Shown here: positions 9,616 through 19,386 of the stretch, in pieces
Position numbering within the stretch: the stretch's first letter is position 1
How the letters are laid out: every line of letters begins with the position of its first letter
Assembly: GCA_964571965.1 (NCBI GenBank)
Contig: CAZNFQ010000003.1
Coordinates: 1 to 63,422, forward strand
Source of the DNA: an uncultured bacterium
GTDB lineage: Bacteria; Fermentibacterota; Fermentibacteria; Fermentibacterales; JCC-6
Length of the DNA stretch: 63,422 nucleotides
Direction: 5' to 3'
Notes under the pieces: model-generated
Told to the model about the DNA's origin: nothing
The model's database searches: none
Seen by the model: the letters and a program-made list of their open reading frames with translations, nothing else
Made by a program: the position numbers and the translations under genes

Positions 9616-9639
9616 GGGTATATACTAAACATTTGTTTA
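9616..9639 (-). promoter_or_regulatory. Putative leaderless -10 box (TAGTAT) overlapped by palindrome TAAAC-N4-GTTTA (SOS-box-like)
   Basis: Minus strand reads GTAAACAAATGTTTAGTATATACCC-ATG: TAGTAT, 6 nt, ATG, no Shine-Dalgarno; palindrome 9626-9639. Confidence 0.45.
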
Positions 9640-9659
9640 CAAAAAAGGAATAGACTATG

Positions 9660-11186
9660 CTACCTGTTTCCGCCGGAAGCTCCCTGGGCGATCATCACAT
9701 CGGTCATGAATTCAACCGGCGCCCGGTTGTCCGTAAGAACCATTCCATTGTCCGGGTGGAAGGATTCGAAGGCAGGCTGAAAGAGCTGCGCCGTGTACTG
9801 CAGCCATGGGTTCCACTCCGAAAATGAATCGGGTGGCGGAGCCTGAAGCTGGTGATCAGATGCAATTATCATGTAGTTGTAGTCGTTGGCAACAGGTACC
9901 CTGTACACATAGGGGAAAACCTCTGCCACGGTGATGCCCACCGAATGAAGAAGCCTTGAACTCCCGCTTATGGCGTTCACGTTCATTGCAATGATCCCAC
10001 CGGGGTTAAGATGATCCCTGAGGGCTTGAAAGTACTCCACCGTAGTGAGATGAAAGGGAATGTATATCTGATTGCTGTAGGTATCGGTAATGATTATGTC
10101 CCAATTCTCCTCTGCGCTCTCGATGAATATCCTGCCGTCAGCTTCGTGGGTGATGAACTCCTCCGGGCTGCTGCCGAAGTACTCATACCCCAGCTCGGTA
10201 GCCCTGGGATCGATCTCCACCGCTTCTATTTCCATACCGGGGAAATGGGGTTCAACGTAAACAGCCAGCCAGTGGGGTATGGTTCCTCCGCCTGCTCCGA
10301 TCACAAGGACATCGGGTCCAGTCTGAAAACTGCCCATGTAGGGAAGCAGAAGATAGCTCTCGTAATAGGTGGAAGCCGGGTTCAGTGCGTCGTTCAGCCT
10401 TGCTATGGACTGCATGGCTCCACCCTCGTTGACTATGAGAAGAGTGGTTCCGTCGTTCCTCTGCTGAACCTGAAGGTACTGGTAGAGGCTCTCTTCCTCG
10501 TGGACCACGTTCGCCGTATTCCTTATTCCGCTTCCAGAAAAAAGCCAGCCGGAAAGGGGGAGCAGCAAAAGGGCAAATGCAGCTCTTTTCTTTCCTCTCA
10601 GGCCGAGGCTTCCCAGAACTATCAGCATTGCTGAACAGAGAAAGAGGGTTTCCCGGGTACCCAGCAGTGGAATGGTTAACAATGTTGGAGTCAGTGTACC
10701 GAAAATGCTTCCCAGTGTGGACATGGCATAGAGGGAACCTGCTGTCCTGCCGGTGTTGTCTGCCCTTGCAAGAAGCTTGACCACGAAGGGGCTGACCATG
10801 GCAAGAACGAAAACCGGGGGAACGAAAACAGCAACTATCCCCAGGAATGACAGAACGAGAACGTTCACAGGAGTACCACGGATACCTGCAGCAAGTGCCG
10901 AGAAAAGAAGCCTGCCTATGAAGGGGATCAGGGCGATGAACACTCCGGTGATCACCGGAAGCAGGTGCAGGATCTGCCATGATGGCTTTCTGTCCGCAAG
11001 TCTTCCCCCATACCAGTAGCCCAGGGCCATGGCCGCAAGGACCACCGAGATGAGAACCGACCATACGATCATTGAAGTACCGAACCATGGGGCTATGAAT
11101 CGTGATGCACTCATCTCTGTTGCCATCACGGCAGCCCCTGTGATGAAAACGAAAAGATGCGGGGGAACCCCGGAGGACCTTTCCAT
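9660..11186 (-). CDS. Membrane-fused spermidine synthase-like SAM-dependent transferase
   Basis: N-terminal multi-TM region (EMSASRFIAPWFG, AGSLYAMSTLGSIFGTL) plus VLVIGAGGG, VEIDP, IITDTY, LTDNRAP. Start moved to ATG 11186. Confidence 0.88.
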   Translation of the reverse strand: MERSSGVPPHLFVFITGAAVMATEMSASRFIAPWFGTSMIVWSVLISVVLAAMALGYWYGGRLADRKPSWQILHLLPVITGVFIALIPFIGRLLFSALAAGIRGTPVNVLVLSFLGIVAVFVPPVFVLAMVSPFVVKLLARADNTGRTAGSLYAMSTLGSIFGTLTPTLLTIPLLGTRETLFLCSAMLIVLGSLGLRGKKRAAFALLLLPLSGWLFSGSGIRNTANVVHEEESLYQYLQVQQRNDGTTLLIVNEGGAMQSIARLNDALNPASTYYESYLLLPYMGSFQTGPDVLVIGAGGGTIPHWLAVYVEPHFPGMEIEAVEIDPRATELGYEYFGSSPEEFITHEADGRIFIESAEENWDIIITDTYSNQIYIPFHLTTVEYFQALRDHLNPGGIIAMNVNAISGSSRLLHSVGITVAEVFPYVYRVPVANDYNYMIIASDHQLQAPPPDSFSEWNPWLQYTAQLFQPAFESFHPDNGMVLTDNRAPVEFMTDVMIAQGASGGNR

Positions 11187-11238
11187 AAATATTGCCCTTC
11201 TGACTTTGGGAAACACTGGGATCAGCGGGGAATATACC

Positions 11239-12222
11239 CTAAGGATTAACTGCCCGGGAACAGAGCAGCAGATCAGCCAGCACCATGGCCAAAGCGGATT
11301 CAACGATAACAGGGCAGCGGATAGCTATGCATGTGTCATGCCTGCCCGGGATCTTCAGTTCCTCACCCCTGCCCGTTGAAGTGCAGAAGGTCTTCTGAAC
11401 GGATGCAACAGACGGGGTGGGCTTGATGCATACCCTGAAAACAATATCATTCCCGTTGGTTATTCCCCCGTTGATCCCTCCTGAATTGTTGGTTTCGGTT
11501 GTTCCGTGCTCATCTATGACAGTGTCATTGTAGGCGGTTCCGGTCATTGATGCGGCGCTGAATCCTGCGCCGAATTCGATGGCAGTTACACCGGGTATGG
11601 AGAATACCAGATGGGCGATCATGGATTCAGCCGAATCGAAGAACGGCTCCCCCAGCCCTGCAGGCATGGAAGTTGCCCTGCACTGAATTATCCCTCCAAT
11701 ACTGTCCCCATTTCCAATGGCCCTTTTCACCTCGCCTCTGATATCGGCACTTCCCCCGGCCTGGATCAGTTCAGCGGTTACCGATATGGGGCTGATGATC
11801 TTTCCGGCAATGGTTCCCGCTGCCACAAGGCCCACCGTCAACCGTCCGGAAAAGTGTCCGCCCCCTCTTGGGTCATTGAAGCCATTGTATTTCTGCTTTG
11901 CCGTAAGGTCAGCATGACCCGGTCTGGGAAGGTTCATCATGCTGCTGTAATCTTCGGAACGGGCATCTTCATTCTTGAAATTTATAAGAATGGGAGAGCC
12001 TGTGGTTCTTCCCCTGTGAACTCCGCTGAGGATCTCAGGGGTGTCACTTTCCCTTCTTGAAGTGGTTCCTTCAGAGCCGCTTCGCCTTCTTCCGAGATCC
12101 CGGGAAAGATCATCCGGTGAAAGTGAAATACCCGCGGGGCAGCCGTCTATGACCACTCCAACAGAACTACCGTGTGATTCACCATAAATTGACAGCCTGA
12201 AAAGTCGGCCAAAGCTATTCAT
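11239..12222 (-). CDS. aroC: Chorismate synthase
   Basis: GESHG, RPGHAD, GGGHFSGRLT, NNSGGINGGITNG, KPTPS, GRHD motifs. Confidence 0.96.
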   Translation of the reverse strand: MNSFGRLFRLSIYGESHGSSVGVVIDGCPAGISLSPDDLSRDLGRRRSGSEGTTSRRESDTPEILSGVHRGRTTGSPILINFKNEDARSEDYSSMMNLPRPGHADLTAKQKYNGFNDPRGGGHFSGRLTVGLVAAGTIAGKIISPISVTAELIQAGGSADIRGEVKRAIGNGDSIGGIIQCRATSMPAGLGEPFFDSAESMIAHLVFSIPGVTAIEFGAGFSAASMTGTAYNDTVIDEHGTTETNNSGGINGGITNGNDIVFRVCIKPTPSVASVQKTFCTSTGRGEELKIPGRHDTCIAIRCPVIVESALAMVLADLLLCSRAVNP

Positions 12223-13471
12223 CGGTTAAACCTCCCAGAGCTGCGAGATCATCAAAGAAACCGGGGTACGATTTCTCCACGGATCCCGGGTGCTGTATGC
12301 TTATGCCGTTCCGGGATCGCAGCCCGGCAATGGCAAGGGCCATGGAAATACGGTGATCTCCCCTGGATGAAGCCGTTCCACCCTGGATCTCTCCTCCTGC
12401 TATCTCTATGGAATTCTTACCTTTCCTCACCTCAACCCCGACTTTTGACAGTTCCTCCACGATACTGGAGGTCCTGTCGGTTTCCTTGAATGAGAGCCTG
12501 TCAGTTCCGGTCAATACTGAAGTGCCGGAACAGCATGCGGCCAGAACTGCAAGGGGAGGGGCCAGATCCGGGCACTGGGAAACGCAGAACCGGAATGACC
12601 TTAGATCATTAAGCCTCGCGGTTACGCCCTCTTCACCTGTGATCACATCTGCTCCGGCGAGTTCCAGTGCTGCAAGTATGCGGCTGTCACCCTGAGAGGA
12701 GGCAGGATTCAGCCCTTCAACGGTGACAGAGCCAGTAACGGCTCCTGCCACCAGAAGGAAGGCTGCACCGCTCCAGTCTCCTTCCACAGCGTAACGTTCC
12801 AGCGAATATTTCTGCCCTCCCGGAATATGAAATGTATTGTCCTTCCTCCATTCCACTGAAACTCCTGACTCTCGGAGCAATTCCATTGTCATTGCCACAT
12901 AGGGAATGCTCACAAGGCCCCTTACGGTGACCACTGAATCACAGCATGCCCGGGGCAGAGCCAGCAGTAGACCGGTGAGGAACTGAGAGGTCAGAGGATT
13001 CTCCACCACTGCATTTCCGCCCTTCAGTACTCCCCTTATGGCTACGGGCGCTTTCCCTCCGGCCGTTCTGCACACTGCCCCGAGATCGGCCAGAGGTTTC
13101 TCCATGAACTGCATTGGTCTTTCGCACAGGGTTCCCTCTGCCTTCAGTGTAAAATCACGATCCTGCAGTGCCGCCAACGGAGTGAACATCCGCATGGCAA
13201 GCCCGGATTCCCTGCAATTCAGGATCCCCCCGGGCTCTGCCATTCCAGGTACAATTCTCAGCATGTTCCCGTCTTCACGGATACCCGCACCCAAACCCCG
13301 TGCTATTTCCAGGGAGGCCCTGGAGTCTTGATTCACAGGAAAGTCCAGTATCATCGTTTCGTCTTCGCCCAGAACGGCGGCTGCTACAGCTCTCTGGGCA
13401 TAGCTCTTCGATGGGGGAGCTTTCACCTTTCCCTGAAGTGAGGAGGGCAATACCCGTAAGGAATCGGCCAT
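12215..13471 (-). CDS. aroA: 3-phosphoshikimate 1-carboxyvinyltransferase (EPSP synthase)
   Basis: PPSKSYAQR, ESGLAMR, SQFLTGLL, KETDR, DHRISM, KSYPGF motifs. Confidence 0.95.
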   Translation of the reverse strand: MADSLRVLPSSLQGKVKAPPSKSYAQRAVAAAVLGEDETMILDFPVNQDSRASLEIARGLGAGIREDGNMLRIVPGMAEPGGILNCRESGLAMRMFTPLAALQDRDFTLKAEGTLCERPMQFMEKPLADLGAVCRTAGGKAPVAIRGVLKGGNAVVENPLTSQFLTGLLLALPRACCDSVVTVRGLVSIPYVAMTMELLRESGVSVEWRKDNTFHIPGGQKYSLERYAVEGDWSGAAFLLVAGAVTGSVTVEGLNPASSQGDSRILAALELAGADVITGEEGVTARLNDLRSFRFCVSQCPDLAPPLAVLAACCSGTSVLTGTDRLSFKETDRTSSIVEELSKVGVEVRKGKNSIEIAGGEIQGGTASSRGDHRISMALAIAGLRSRNGISIQHPGSVEKSYPGFFDDLAALGGLTDE

Positions 13472-13680
13472 GATACTCCCCCTTCAGGTGGAAGCTATGC
13501 TCAAGAGCAATATTCGTGTACGTTAGTTCACAGGAATATAATCTGCACGGTTCAGCCCCCGCTTCAGAAGCACCGGCTTTCCTGCTGACATTTCAACTCT
13601 GGCTTTCCCCGGGCCGGGAATATTGATATTATGGCATTGCATTTTCCACATTACTGCACTGTAAATGGATCGAGGTTGAG

Positions 13681-14271
13681 ATGAACCGAATTTCCAATGG
13701 TCTTCTGGTGCTTCTCCTTTCAGCCATTGTCTTCTTCATGATTTTTCATGGCTACACTTTCATGGAACCTGTGAACGACTACATCATGAACGCAGGAACG
13801 GAAAGACTTCTTATCCTTGTTTGCGTTGCAGCCATCATTCTTGTTATTCCCCAGATCATTCAGGGAGCCACGAGAAGCGCCAGAGATGCAGTTGAAGCTG
13901 TTCATTCAGTTACGGACCATGGCGTCGAGGGATGGGCTTCAGTTAAAAAGATATACAGAACACAGGAAAAGCTTGGAAACAATATTCTGTATTTCATGGA
14001 CCTGGACATTGAGGATGAATCAGGAAGGGAGTATCCCATTACGGTCCTTCACCCTGTAAGGAGGAAGGAACTTGGCTTCTTCATTCCCGGCTCAAGGGTG
14101 CCTGTTAAATCTGCCATTCGCGACAGATCCATGCTGATGTTCCCCCAACTGGATTACAGGAAAATGGGAAGCTTCCTTTTCCTGAACGAAAACAGCGAAA
14201 TCTGGGAGAAGGCGCTGAAAACGAAGGAAGAAATATCTCTGATGCCTTCCGGGGAACAAAAGGATTCCTGA
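13681..14271 (+). CDS. Hypothetical membrane protein (2 N-terminal TM, soluble C-terminus)
   Basis: 196-aa ORF, two hydrophobic segments, GAGG upstream. Confidence 0.65.
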   Translation: MNRISNGLLVLLLSAIVFFMIFHGYTFMEPVNDYIMNAGTERLLILVCVAAIILVIPQIIQGATRSARDAVEAVHSVTDHGVEGWASVKKIYRTQEKLGNNILYFMDLDIEDESGREYPITVLHPVRRKELGFFIPGSRVPVKSAIRDRSMLMFPQLDYRKMGSFLFLNENSEIWEKALKTKEEISLMPSGEQKDS

Positions 14272-14301
14272 CCTGTTAAGTATGAAAAACAGGAGGGATG
14301 A

Positions 14302-14646
14302 ATGAAAAGACTGACTCTAGGCTTCATGCTTCTGCTGGGATGCGGAAGTTCTCCCAGCAGCCCCGACACAGGCCAGACCCCCGTTCTTACAAGCCCCGCC
14401 GACGGAGATACTCTCAGCGGACCTGATGTAACCTGCCAGTGGGATGCGGTGACAGGGGCAACAAGGTATTACCATGAGATAGACTCAGATCCCTCAATGC
14501 AGAGTCCCGAGCAAACCGTGAGCACCAGTCCTGCGGTAACGGTAACTCCAGGAGGGTCAGGTAACTGGTGGTGGCGGGTACGGGCATCCGTTTCAGGACA
14601 GTCGTCTTACACTCCCTGGTCGGAAGTCTGGGTTTTCACTCTCTGA
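14302..14646 (+). CDS. Small lipoprotein with Ig/FN3-like domain
   Basis: GGAGG RBS, lipobox LLGC, PVLTSPADG...WDAVTGATRY...WWWRVRA...WSEVWVF pattern. Confidence 0.75.
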   Translation: MKRLTLGFMLLLGCGSSPSSPDTGQTPVLTSPADGDTLSGPDVTCQWDAVTGATRYYHEIDSDPSMQSPEQTVSTSPAVTVTPGGSGNWWWRVRASVSGQSSYTPWSEVWVFTL

Positions 14647-14975
14647 TCTTCGTCCATCAGTTTACCAAGCCTGCCTGCGTCAATAACACTTGCAAGCCAG
14701 CAGAAAGATAGAGGCGGGAGTACGAACAACTCAGCATTTCTCACACCGGAAAACGCGGAAGCAAACATTGCCTGCAGGTTAATGTCCTCACCATTCTCAG
14801 CCATTTCCTCAAGCCCGTTCCAGGTTCCTGCAGCCACTGTGACTATCAGCGCAATAGCGCAGCACAATGCAAATACCGCGAACAGTATTCCGCGCTTCCT
14901 GTGCTTAAGTACGAACTGCCCTGATCCGGGGAAGACCAGGGCAGACCAGAGTATTCCCCGAAGGGAGTTCTTCAC
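14607..14975 (-). CDS. Small integral membrane protein
   Basis: WSALVFPGSGQF...KRGILF motif with two further TM segments; GTGA overlap with upstream gene. Confidence 0.7.
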   Translation of the reverse strand: MKNSLRGILWSALVFPGSGQFVLKHRKRGILFAVFALCCAIALIVTVAAGTWNGLEEMAENGEDINLQAMFASAFSGVRNAELFVLPPLSFCWLASVIDAGRLGKLMDEDQRVKTQTSDQGV

Positions 14976-15712
14976 TGAAGAATACAGAAGGCAGTGGTTC
15001 CATCCCAGCTGGAGCCAAGGCTTTCATAGTCCCCTGTCATTGCGTCGGTTTTCCACAGGGAACCCTGCCAGATGCAGTAGACATAGTTGTTGTCGGCTGC
15101 CATCTCCGTTGCTCCCTCGTATCCTCCTCCAAGGCTCTCGTAGTCTCCACTCCTGGGATCTACACGGTAAAGGGTGTCTCCCTGAATAACGAAGAAGTAC
15201 CTGGAAGATCCCGCGACAGCGGTTGTCCCGGCATAACTGGAAGGAAGCTCCGTGTAGTCACCGGTAACTGGATCCGTTCTGTAGAGGGTGTTGTTCTGAA
15301 TAACCATGAGTGCGCCTCCGGCCCAGGCCAGATGCGTGGTTCCGGCATAATCCCCCGGAACTGTTTCCCAGCTCCCGTTGCGGGGATCCACGGCATAGAG
15401 AACATCGTTCTGTACCGCATAAAGCATTCCGTCCCCTGCGGTGAGGGCAACGGTTCCGCTCCATGTATCAGAGAGCTCTGTCCATGAACCATCGGTGGCC
15501 ACACTGTAGAGTACGTCATCCTGTATGGCATAAAGACTACCGTTCAAGGAAGTGAGCAGCCCGGTACCGCTCCAGGTTTCCGATATGGCTTCCCACTCTC
15601 CGGTTCCGGTGTCCGCAAGGTACAGTACATCCCCCTGAACCGCATAGATGTCACCTGCAAACGCAGCGGATGCCGAGAGGATCAGTACTGCTGAGATCAA
15701 AGTTCTTATCAT
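14972..15712 (-). CDS. Secreted six-repeat beta-propeller protein (lectin-like)
   Basis: Signal peptide MIRTLISAVLILSASAAFA then six 37-38-aa repeats of type YAVQxDxLYxxDxxxGxWExLxxx(W/Y)xGT. Start moved to ATG 15712. Confidence 0.8.
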   Translation of the reverse strand: MIRTLISAVLILSASAAFAGDIYAVQGDVLYLADTGTGEWEAISETWSGTGLLTSLNGSLYAIQDDVLYSVATDGSWTELSDTWSGTVALTAGDGMLYAVQNDVLYAVDPRNGSWETVPGDYAGTTHLAWAGGALMVIQNNTLYRTDPVTGDYTELPSSYAGTTAVAGSSRYFFVIQGDTLYRVDPRSGDYESLGGGYEGATEMAADNNYVYCIWQGSLWKTDAMTGDYESLGSSWDGTTAFCILQ

Positions 15713-15903
15713 CGTGTTCCCTTCTTTTCCTGTGTGGTTTATCAGCTTCTTCAAAGCCTTTCTGCAAATATCCCCGGCCTGTTAAGTACCTGGAGACCAC
15801 TATCGGCTATAAGTATAGCCCTGATAAACCACAGGGTAAATAAGGCATTTGATGGTGCTTCACCCGGAGGTATATTGGTTCAGCAACTTCGACGGGAGGA
15901 AAA

Positions 15904-16665
15904 ATGAAAAAGGTATTTATTCTTGTTATCACTGCTGCGCTTTTCGTGGCCTGCTCGGATTCACCGAGTTCACCCGGGGGAACCCTTCCCATTGTGCAGA
16001 ACTGCAGAATAGTAGACGATCAGTGCAAGGGAGACACGGTGGTCATTGCATGGGATGCTGTTGATGTGGAAGTCGATGGTTACAGGGTCTATTACGCATC
16101 AACGGACCCCGGTGACTGGCAGAACATTGCACAGGTTGCGGAGACCACCGTTTCGCACATTGCCACAAGCACCGGCTACTACTGCGTTGAAGCAATGGAG
16201 GGGCTCGATCTCTCAGAAGATGTTTCCAACAAAGCCAATGACCGCGCAGACCAGCATCTTCTGACAGATACCCTTACAGTAGGAGGGATCGACGGTCTGA
16301 TGTTCGCGGAAACACACACCGCCTTCGGGTCATCGGCAGACGGCTCCTTTGCCCAGGACCTTTACATCGGCAAGGAAGGTGACACGGTTCTGTTCTACAG
16401 AGGCAACTACGATCCCGAGACGCATCCCGGCGGCACCCAGTCCTACATCGCTACCAGCAGTAATTATCTTGCACCGGGTCCCGGTGACTCCGCATGGAAG
16501 AGTTCTGCTGCACCTCAGGATGGAAGCAGCTTCTTCGTAGAACTTGAAAGCGGTTACTACGCTCATTTCTATGTGGACACCGTGTTCAACGACTCTGTGG
16601 TTCTGGTTTCCAACCAGTACCAGTCGATCAGAGGGCTCAGGCTCTTCAATCCCTTTATCTATTAG
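15904..16665 (+). CDS. Lipoprotein with FN3-like N-terminal domain
   Basis: GGGAGGA RBS, lipobox FVAC, VVIAWDAV...GYRVYY...GYYCVEA; followed by terminator. Confidence 0.75.
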   Translation: MKKVFILVITAALFVACSDSPSSPGGTLPIVQNCRIVDDQCKGDTVVIAWDAVDVEVDGYRVYYASTDPGDWQNIAQVAETTVSHIATSTGYYCVEAMEGLDLSEDVSNKANDRADQHLLTDTLTVGGIDGLMFAETHTAFGSSADGSFAQDLYIGKEGDTVLFYRGNYDPETHPGGTQSYIATSSNYLAPGPGDSAWKSSAAPQDGSSFFVELESGYYAHFYVDTVFNDSVVLVSNQYQSIRGLRLFNPFIY

Positions 16666-16677
16666 AACCCGTTCACC

Positions 16678-16707
16678 AGCCCCCCTTCGCAGGGGGGCTT
16701 TTTATTT
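16678..16707 (+). terminator. Rho-independent terminator
   Basis: AGCCCCCCT-TCGC-AGGGGGGCT stem followed by TTTTATTT. Confidence 0.88.
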
Positions 16708-16716
16708 GGAGATGTC

Positions 16717-17523
16717 ATGGCAAGAGATAGAAAAGCCGAAGAGATCAACAGGAAACACTGGGACGAAGTGGCCCCGGTTCACGGGAAATCCTACGAACTG
16801 GATTCTCTCCTTGGCGGAGGTCATCACCTGGATCCGGTTCAGGTCAAAGAGCTGGGTGATCTCACCGGGAAGAAACTGCTTCACCTGCAGTGCCACATAG
16901 GAACGGACACCCTTTCTCTGGCAAGACTCGGGGCCGAGGTAACCGGAATGGACATTTCAGGGGAATCGCTGAAGGTGGCGGAAGAACTGGCGGCAAAAAC
17001 CGGACTCCCTGCCAGATTCATACAGACACCCCTCTTCGATCTGCCGGAAGTACTCAATGAAAAATTCGATATGGTCTACACTTCCATCGGTGTTCTCTGC
17101 TGGGTATCGGACATTAACCTCTGGGCGGGAACGGTGGCCCGTTATCTCAAACCCGGAGGCGTTTTCTACCTGATGGAGTCCCACCCCTTCATGCATGTAT
17201 TCGATGACGAGATCAAAGGACTTCACGTGAAGTATCCGTATTTCACCGGCGGCAAACCCACGGACTGGCCGGGAGACTGGCCGGATTACTCCGATGAGGA
17301 TTACGTTGTGAAAAACCCCACCAGAGAGTTTCAATGGACAATATCAGAAGTGCTCTGCGCCCTGCTGGATGCAGGTCTTCATATCAGTTTTCTCCACGAA
17401 CACGATTTTCTGCACTGGAAGGGCCTTGAAAGCATGGAAAGGTGTTCAGACGGCTACTGGAGACTGCCTGAACCATTGAACAGAATACCTGTTCTATTCA
17501 GTTTAAAGGCAATACTTGCATAA
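16717..17523 (+). CDS. Class I SAM-dependent methyltransferase
   Basis: KLLHLQCHIGTDTLSLARLGAEVTGMD, FDMVYTSIGVLCW, LKPGGVFY. Confidence 0.9.
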   Translation: MARDRKAEEINRKHWDEVAPVHGKSYELDSLLGGGHHLDPVQVKELGDLTGKKLLHLQCHIGTDTLSLARLGAEVTGMDISGESLKVAEELAAKTGLPARFIQTPLFDLPEVLNEKFDMVYTSIGVLCWVSDINLWAGTVARYLKPGGVFYLMESHPFMHVFDDEIKGLHVKYPYFTGGKPTDWPGDWPDYSDEDYVVKNPTREFQWTISEVLCALLDAGLHISFLHEHDFLHWKGLESMERCSDGYWRLPEPLNRIPVLFSLKAILA

Positions 17524-17576
17524 AATAAGCCTTCTTTCAATATTCAGCCCATTGAAATTCAAAGAGGGAGGGTCAG

Positions 17577-19295
17577 GTGAAATTGAAGAAGTTGATGGAT
17601 CTGAAGGAAAGGGGTCTGCTTGACCCTGTGATCGAAGAGGCACTTGAAACGGTTCATACAGGATCATCAGGCAAAGAGCTCTCACAGCTCCATGCGCTCT
17701 GTTCAGATGTGATGTTCCAGAAGGCACAGTATAACGAAGCTGTGATGTACGGCGAAATGTCCGTGGAAGCTGATCCTGAGAATGCCGAAGGATACTCCTG
17801 CCTTGGCTGGGCGGAGTACTGGCTGGGGATTAACCAGAAAGCCCTTGCGGATCTGCAGAGAGCGGTGGAACTTTCTCCTGAAACCTCGGAATATCACTAC
17901 AGAACCGGCAGCATATTGAACAATGTTTTCGGAAAGCTCCCTGAAGCCGAAGCTGAGTTCACAGCAGCTCTTGAAGCTGATCCATCCCATGCTCTTGCCT
18001 GGCAGCAGAGGGGTATCTGCAGATGGAATCAGGGGAACAGAGAAGGGGCGGAACAGGATTACAGAAGAGGCGCTGAGCTTGGGGACTCTTACTGCGGCTA
18101 TATTCTTCAATACAACGGATTTGCCCTTGAAACTCCAATGGAAAAGATAGCCTTTGCCAGAGACAGCTGGGCTCAGAACGACTCTCAGACAGCAGTTGAT
18201 CTTATAGAACAGACTCTGGAATCAGCCCCGGAGGCAAACAGGGTGGAGATCAGGCTTGAACTGGCAGACAAACTGAGTTCCATGAAGCTCAATGACAAAG
18301 CCGAATTTCATTACAATCTGGCCATAGAGGAAGCACCGGAGAATCCCGAATGCTACGGCAGACGAGGCTGGCTCTACTACTGCGTAAGCAGGGATGATGA
18401 AGCGGAGAGAGACTTCCTGAAAGCAATGGAACTGGACCCTGAAAACAGCAGGTACCCTTCGAATCTGGGCAACCTCTATGCTGTGAGTGCAAGACCGCAG
18501 GAAGGTCTTGCGGTTCTCGACCCTGCAATAGAGAAGGATCCTTTCTTCTCAGAGCTTTACTATGCAAGGGCCCTGTGCCGAATGAAGCTGGGAATGGATG
18601 AGGAAGCAAAGTCAGATTTCAACGAAGCCGATTTCATGGGGCACAGAAATGCCCAGAATGACAGAAGGCAAGCCTACGGCGATGAATTCCCCATGGATTT
18701 CTTCTCTGCTGGAATAGAGGCAGGGGAGCAGAACGATCTTCAGCTTGCCGCTGAAAACTTCGCCAGAGCTGCTGAGATGTTTGAAACCGAAACGAAGTAT
18801 CAAGGGGACAAGGCCTTTCGTTACGCCTCGAAGAGCCTTCATAACCTGGGGTACTACCAGTATCTGTCAGGTGGAATGAACGATGCTGCAATAAAGAACA
18901 TGAAGAAAGCTCTGGAGATGGTCCCCCACTACAAGGATGCCTGGATATCCCTTGGGAACGTCTACAACAGCACAGGAGAGCAGGATCAGGCTCTGAACTG
19001 CTACAACAGAGCCATAGAGCTTCAACCCAATGACGGAAGAGGTTATTACAGCAGAGGAAGAATCAATCTTGACCTGCAGGAATACGATGCAGGAGTGGAT
19101 GATTTTTCCAGGGCAGTGGACTTCTACAGAAGGAGAGACTGGCAGGGGGATGCCTACTACAACAGAGGCAGGTGTCACGAAGGTGCAGGGAGAATCCACG
19201 AGGCCATTGCAGACTATAATCAGGCTTTCGGCCTTGGCATCCAGCAGGGACTCCATGAGTCATTCAGACTTAAGGACCAGTACGGCATAGAATAG
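17577..19295 (+). CDS. Tetratricopeptide repeat protein
   Basis: Many 34-aa TPR units (e.g. AWQQRGICRWNQG, AWISLGNVYNSTG, AYYNRGRCHEGAG); GGAGG RBS. Confidence 0.9.
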   Translation: MKLKKLMDLKERGLLDPVIEEALETVHTGSSGKELSQLHALCSDVMFQKAQYNEAVMYGEMSVEADPENAEGYSCLGWAEYWLGINQKALADLQRAVELSPETSEYHYRTGSILNNVFGKLPEAEAEFTAALEADPSHALAWQQRGICRWNQGNREGAEQDYRRGAELGDSYCGYILQYNGFALETPMEKIAFARDSWAQNDSQTAVDLIEQTLESAPEANRVEIRLELADKLSSMKLNDKAEFHYNLAIEEAPENPECYGRRGWLYYCVSRDDEAERDFLKAMELDPENSRYPSNLGNLYAVSARPQEGLAVLDPAIEKDPFFSELYYARALCRMKLGMDEEAKSDFNEADFMGHRNAQNDRRQAYGDEFPMDFFSAGIEAGEQNDLQLAAENFARAAEMFETETKYQGDKAFRYASKSLHNLGYYQYLSGGMNDAAIKNMKKALEMVPHYKDAWISLGNVYNSTGEQDQALNCYNRAIELQPNDGRGYYSRGRINLDLQEYDAGVDDFSRAVDFYRRRDWQGDAYYNRGRCHEGAGRIHEAIADYNQAFGLGIQQGLHESFRLKDQYGIE

Positions 19296-19309
19296 TCGAT
19301 CCCGGGAAT

Positions 19310-19352
19310 GGTCCCGTCTGGCAAATCCGTTTCAAGGCAGCGGGACGGGACC
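19310..19352. terminator. Stem-loop between convergent genes
   Basis: 9-bp inverted repeat GGTCCCGTC (19310-19318) / GACGGGACC (19344-19352); long loop, no strong U-tract. Confidence 0.35.
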
Positions 19353-19386
19353 TGAAAAGATCATGGCCGCAAATCCAACTGCCTGC

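Noticed and set aside
10252-11088. Long alternative-frame or antisense ORFs (also 19820..20641, 39360..40037, 53753..54445, 58318..58953)
   Set aside because: They lie within well-supported genes, carry no recognisable motifs or RBS, and are typical shadow ORFs.
19319-19352. GGCAAATCC...GGGACG resembling the P2 arm of a c-di-GMP-I riboswitch
   Set aside because: No GAAA tetraloop, no following CAAAG/P3 segment, and it lies between convergent gene ends with no downstream gene on that strand; better explained as a simple stem-loop.
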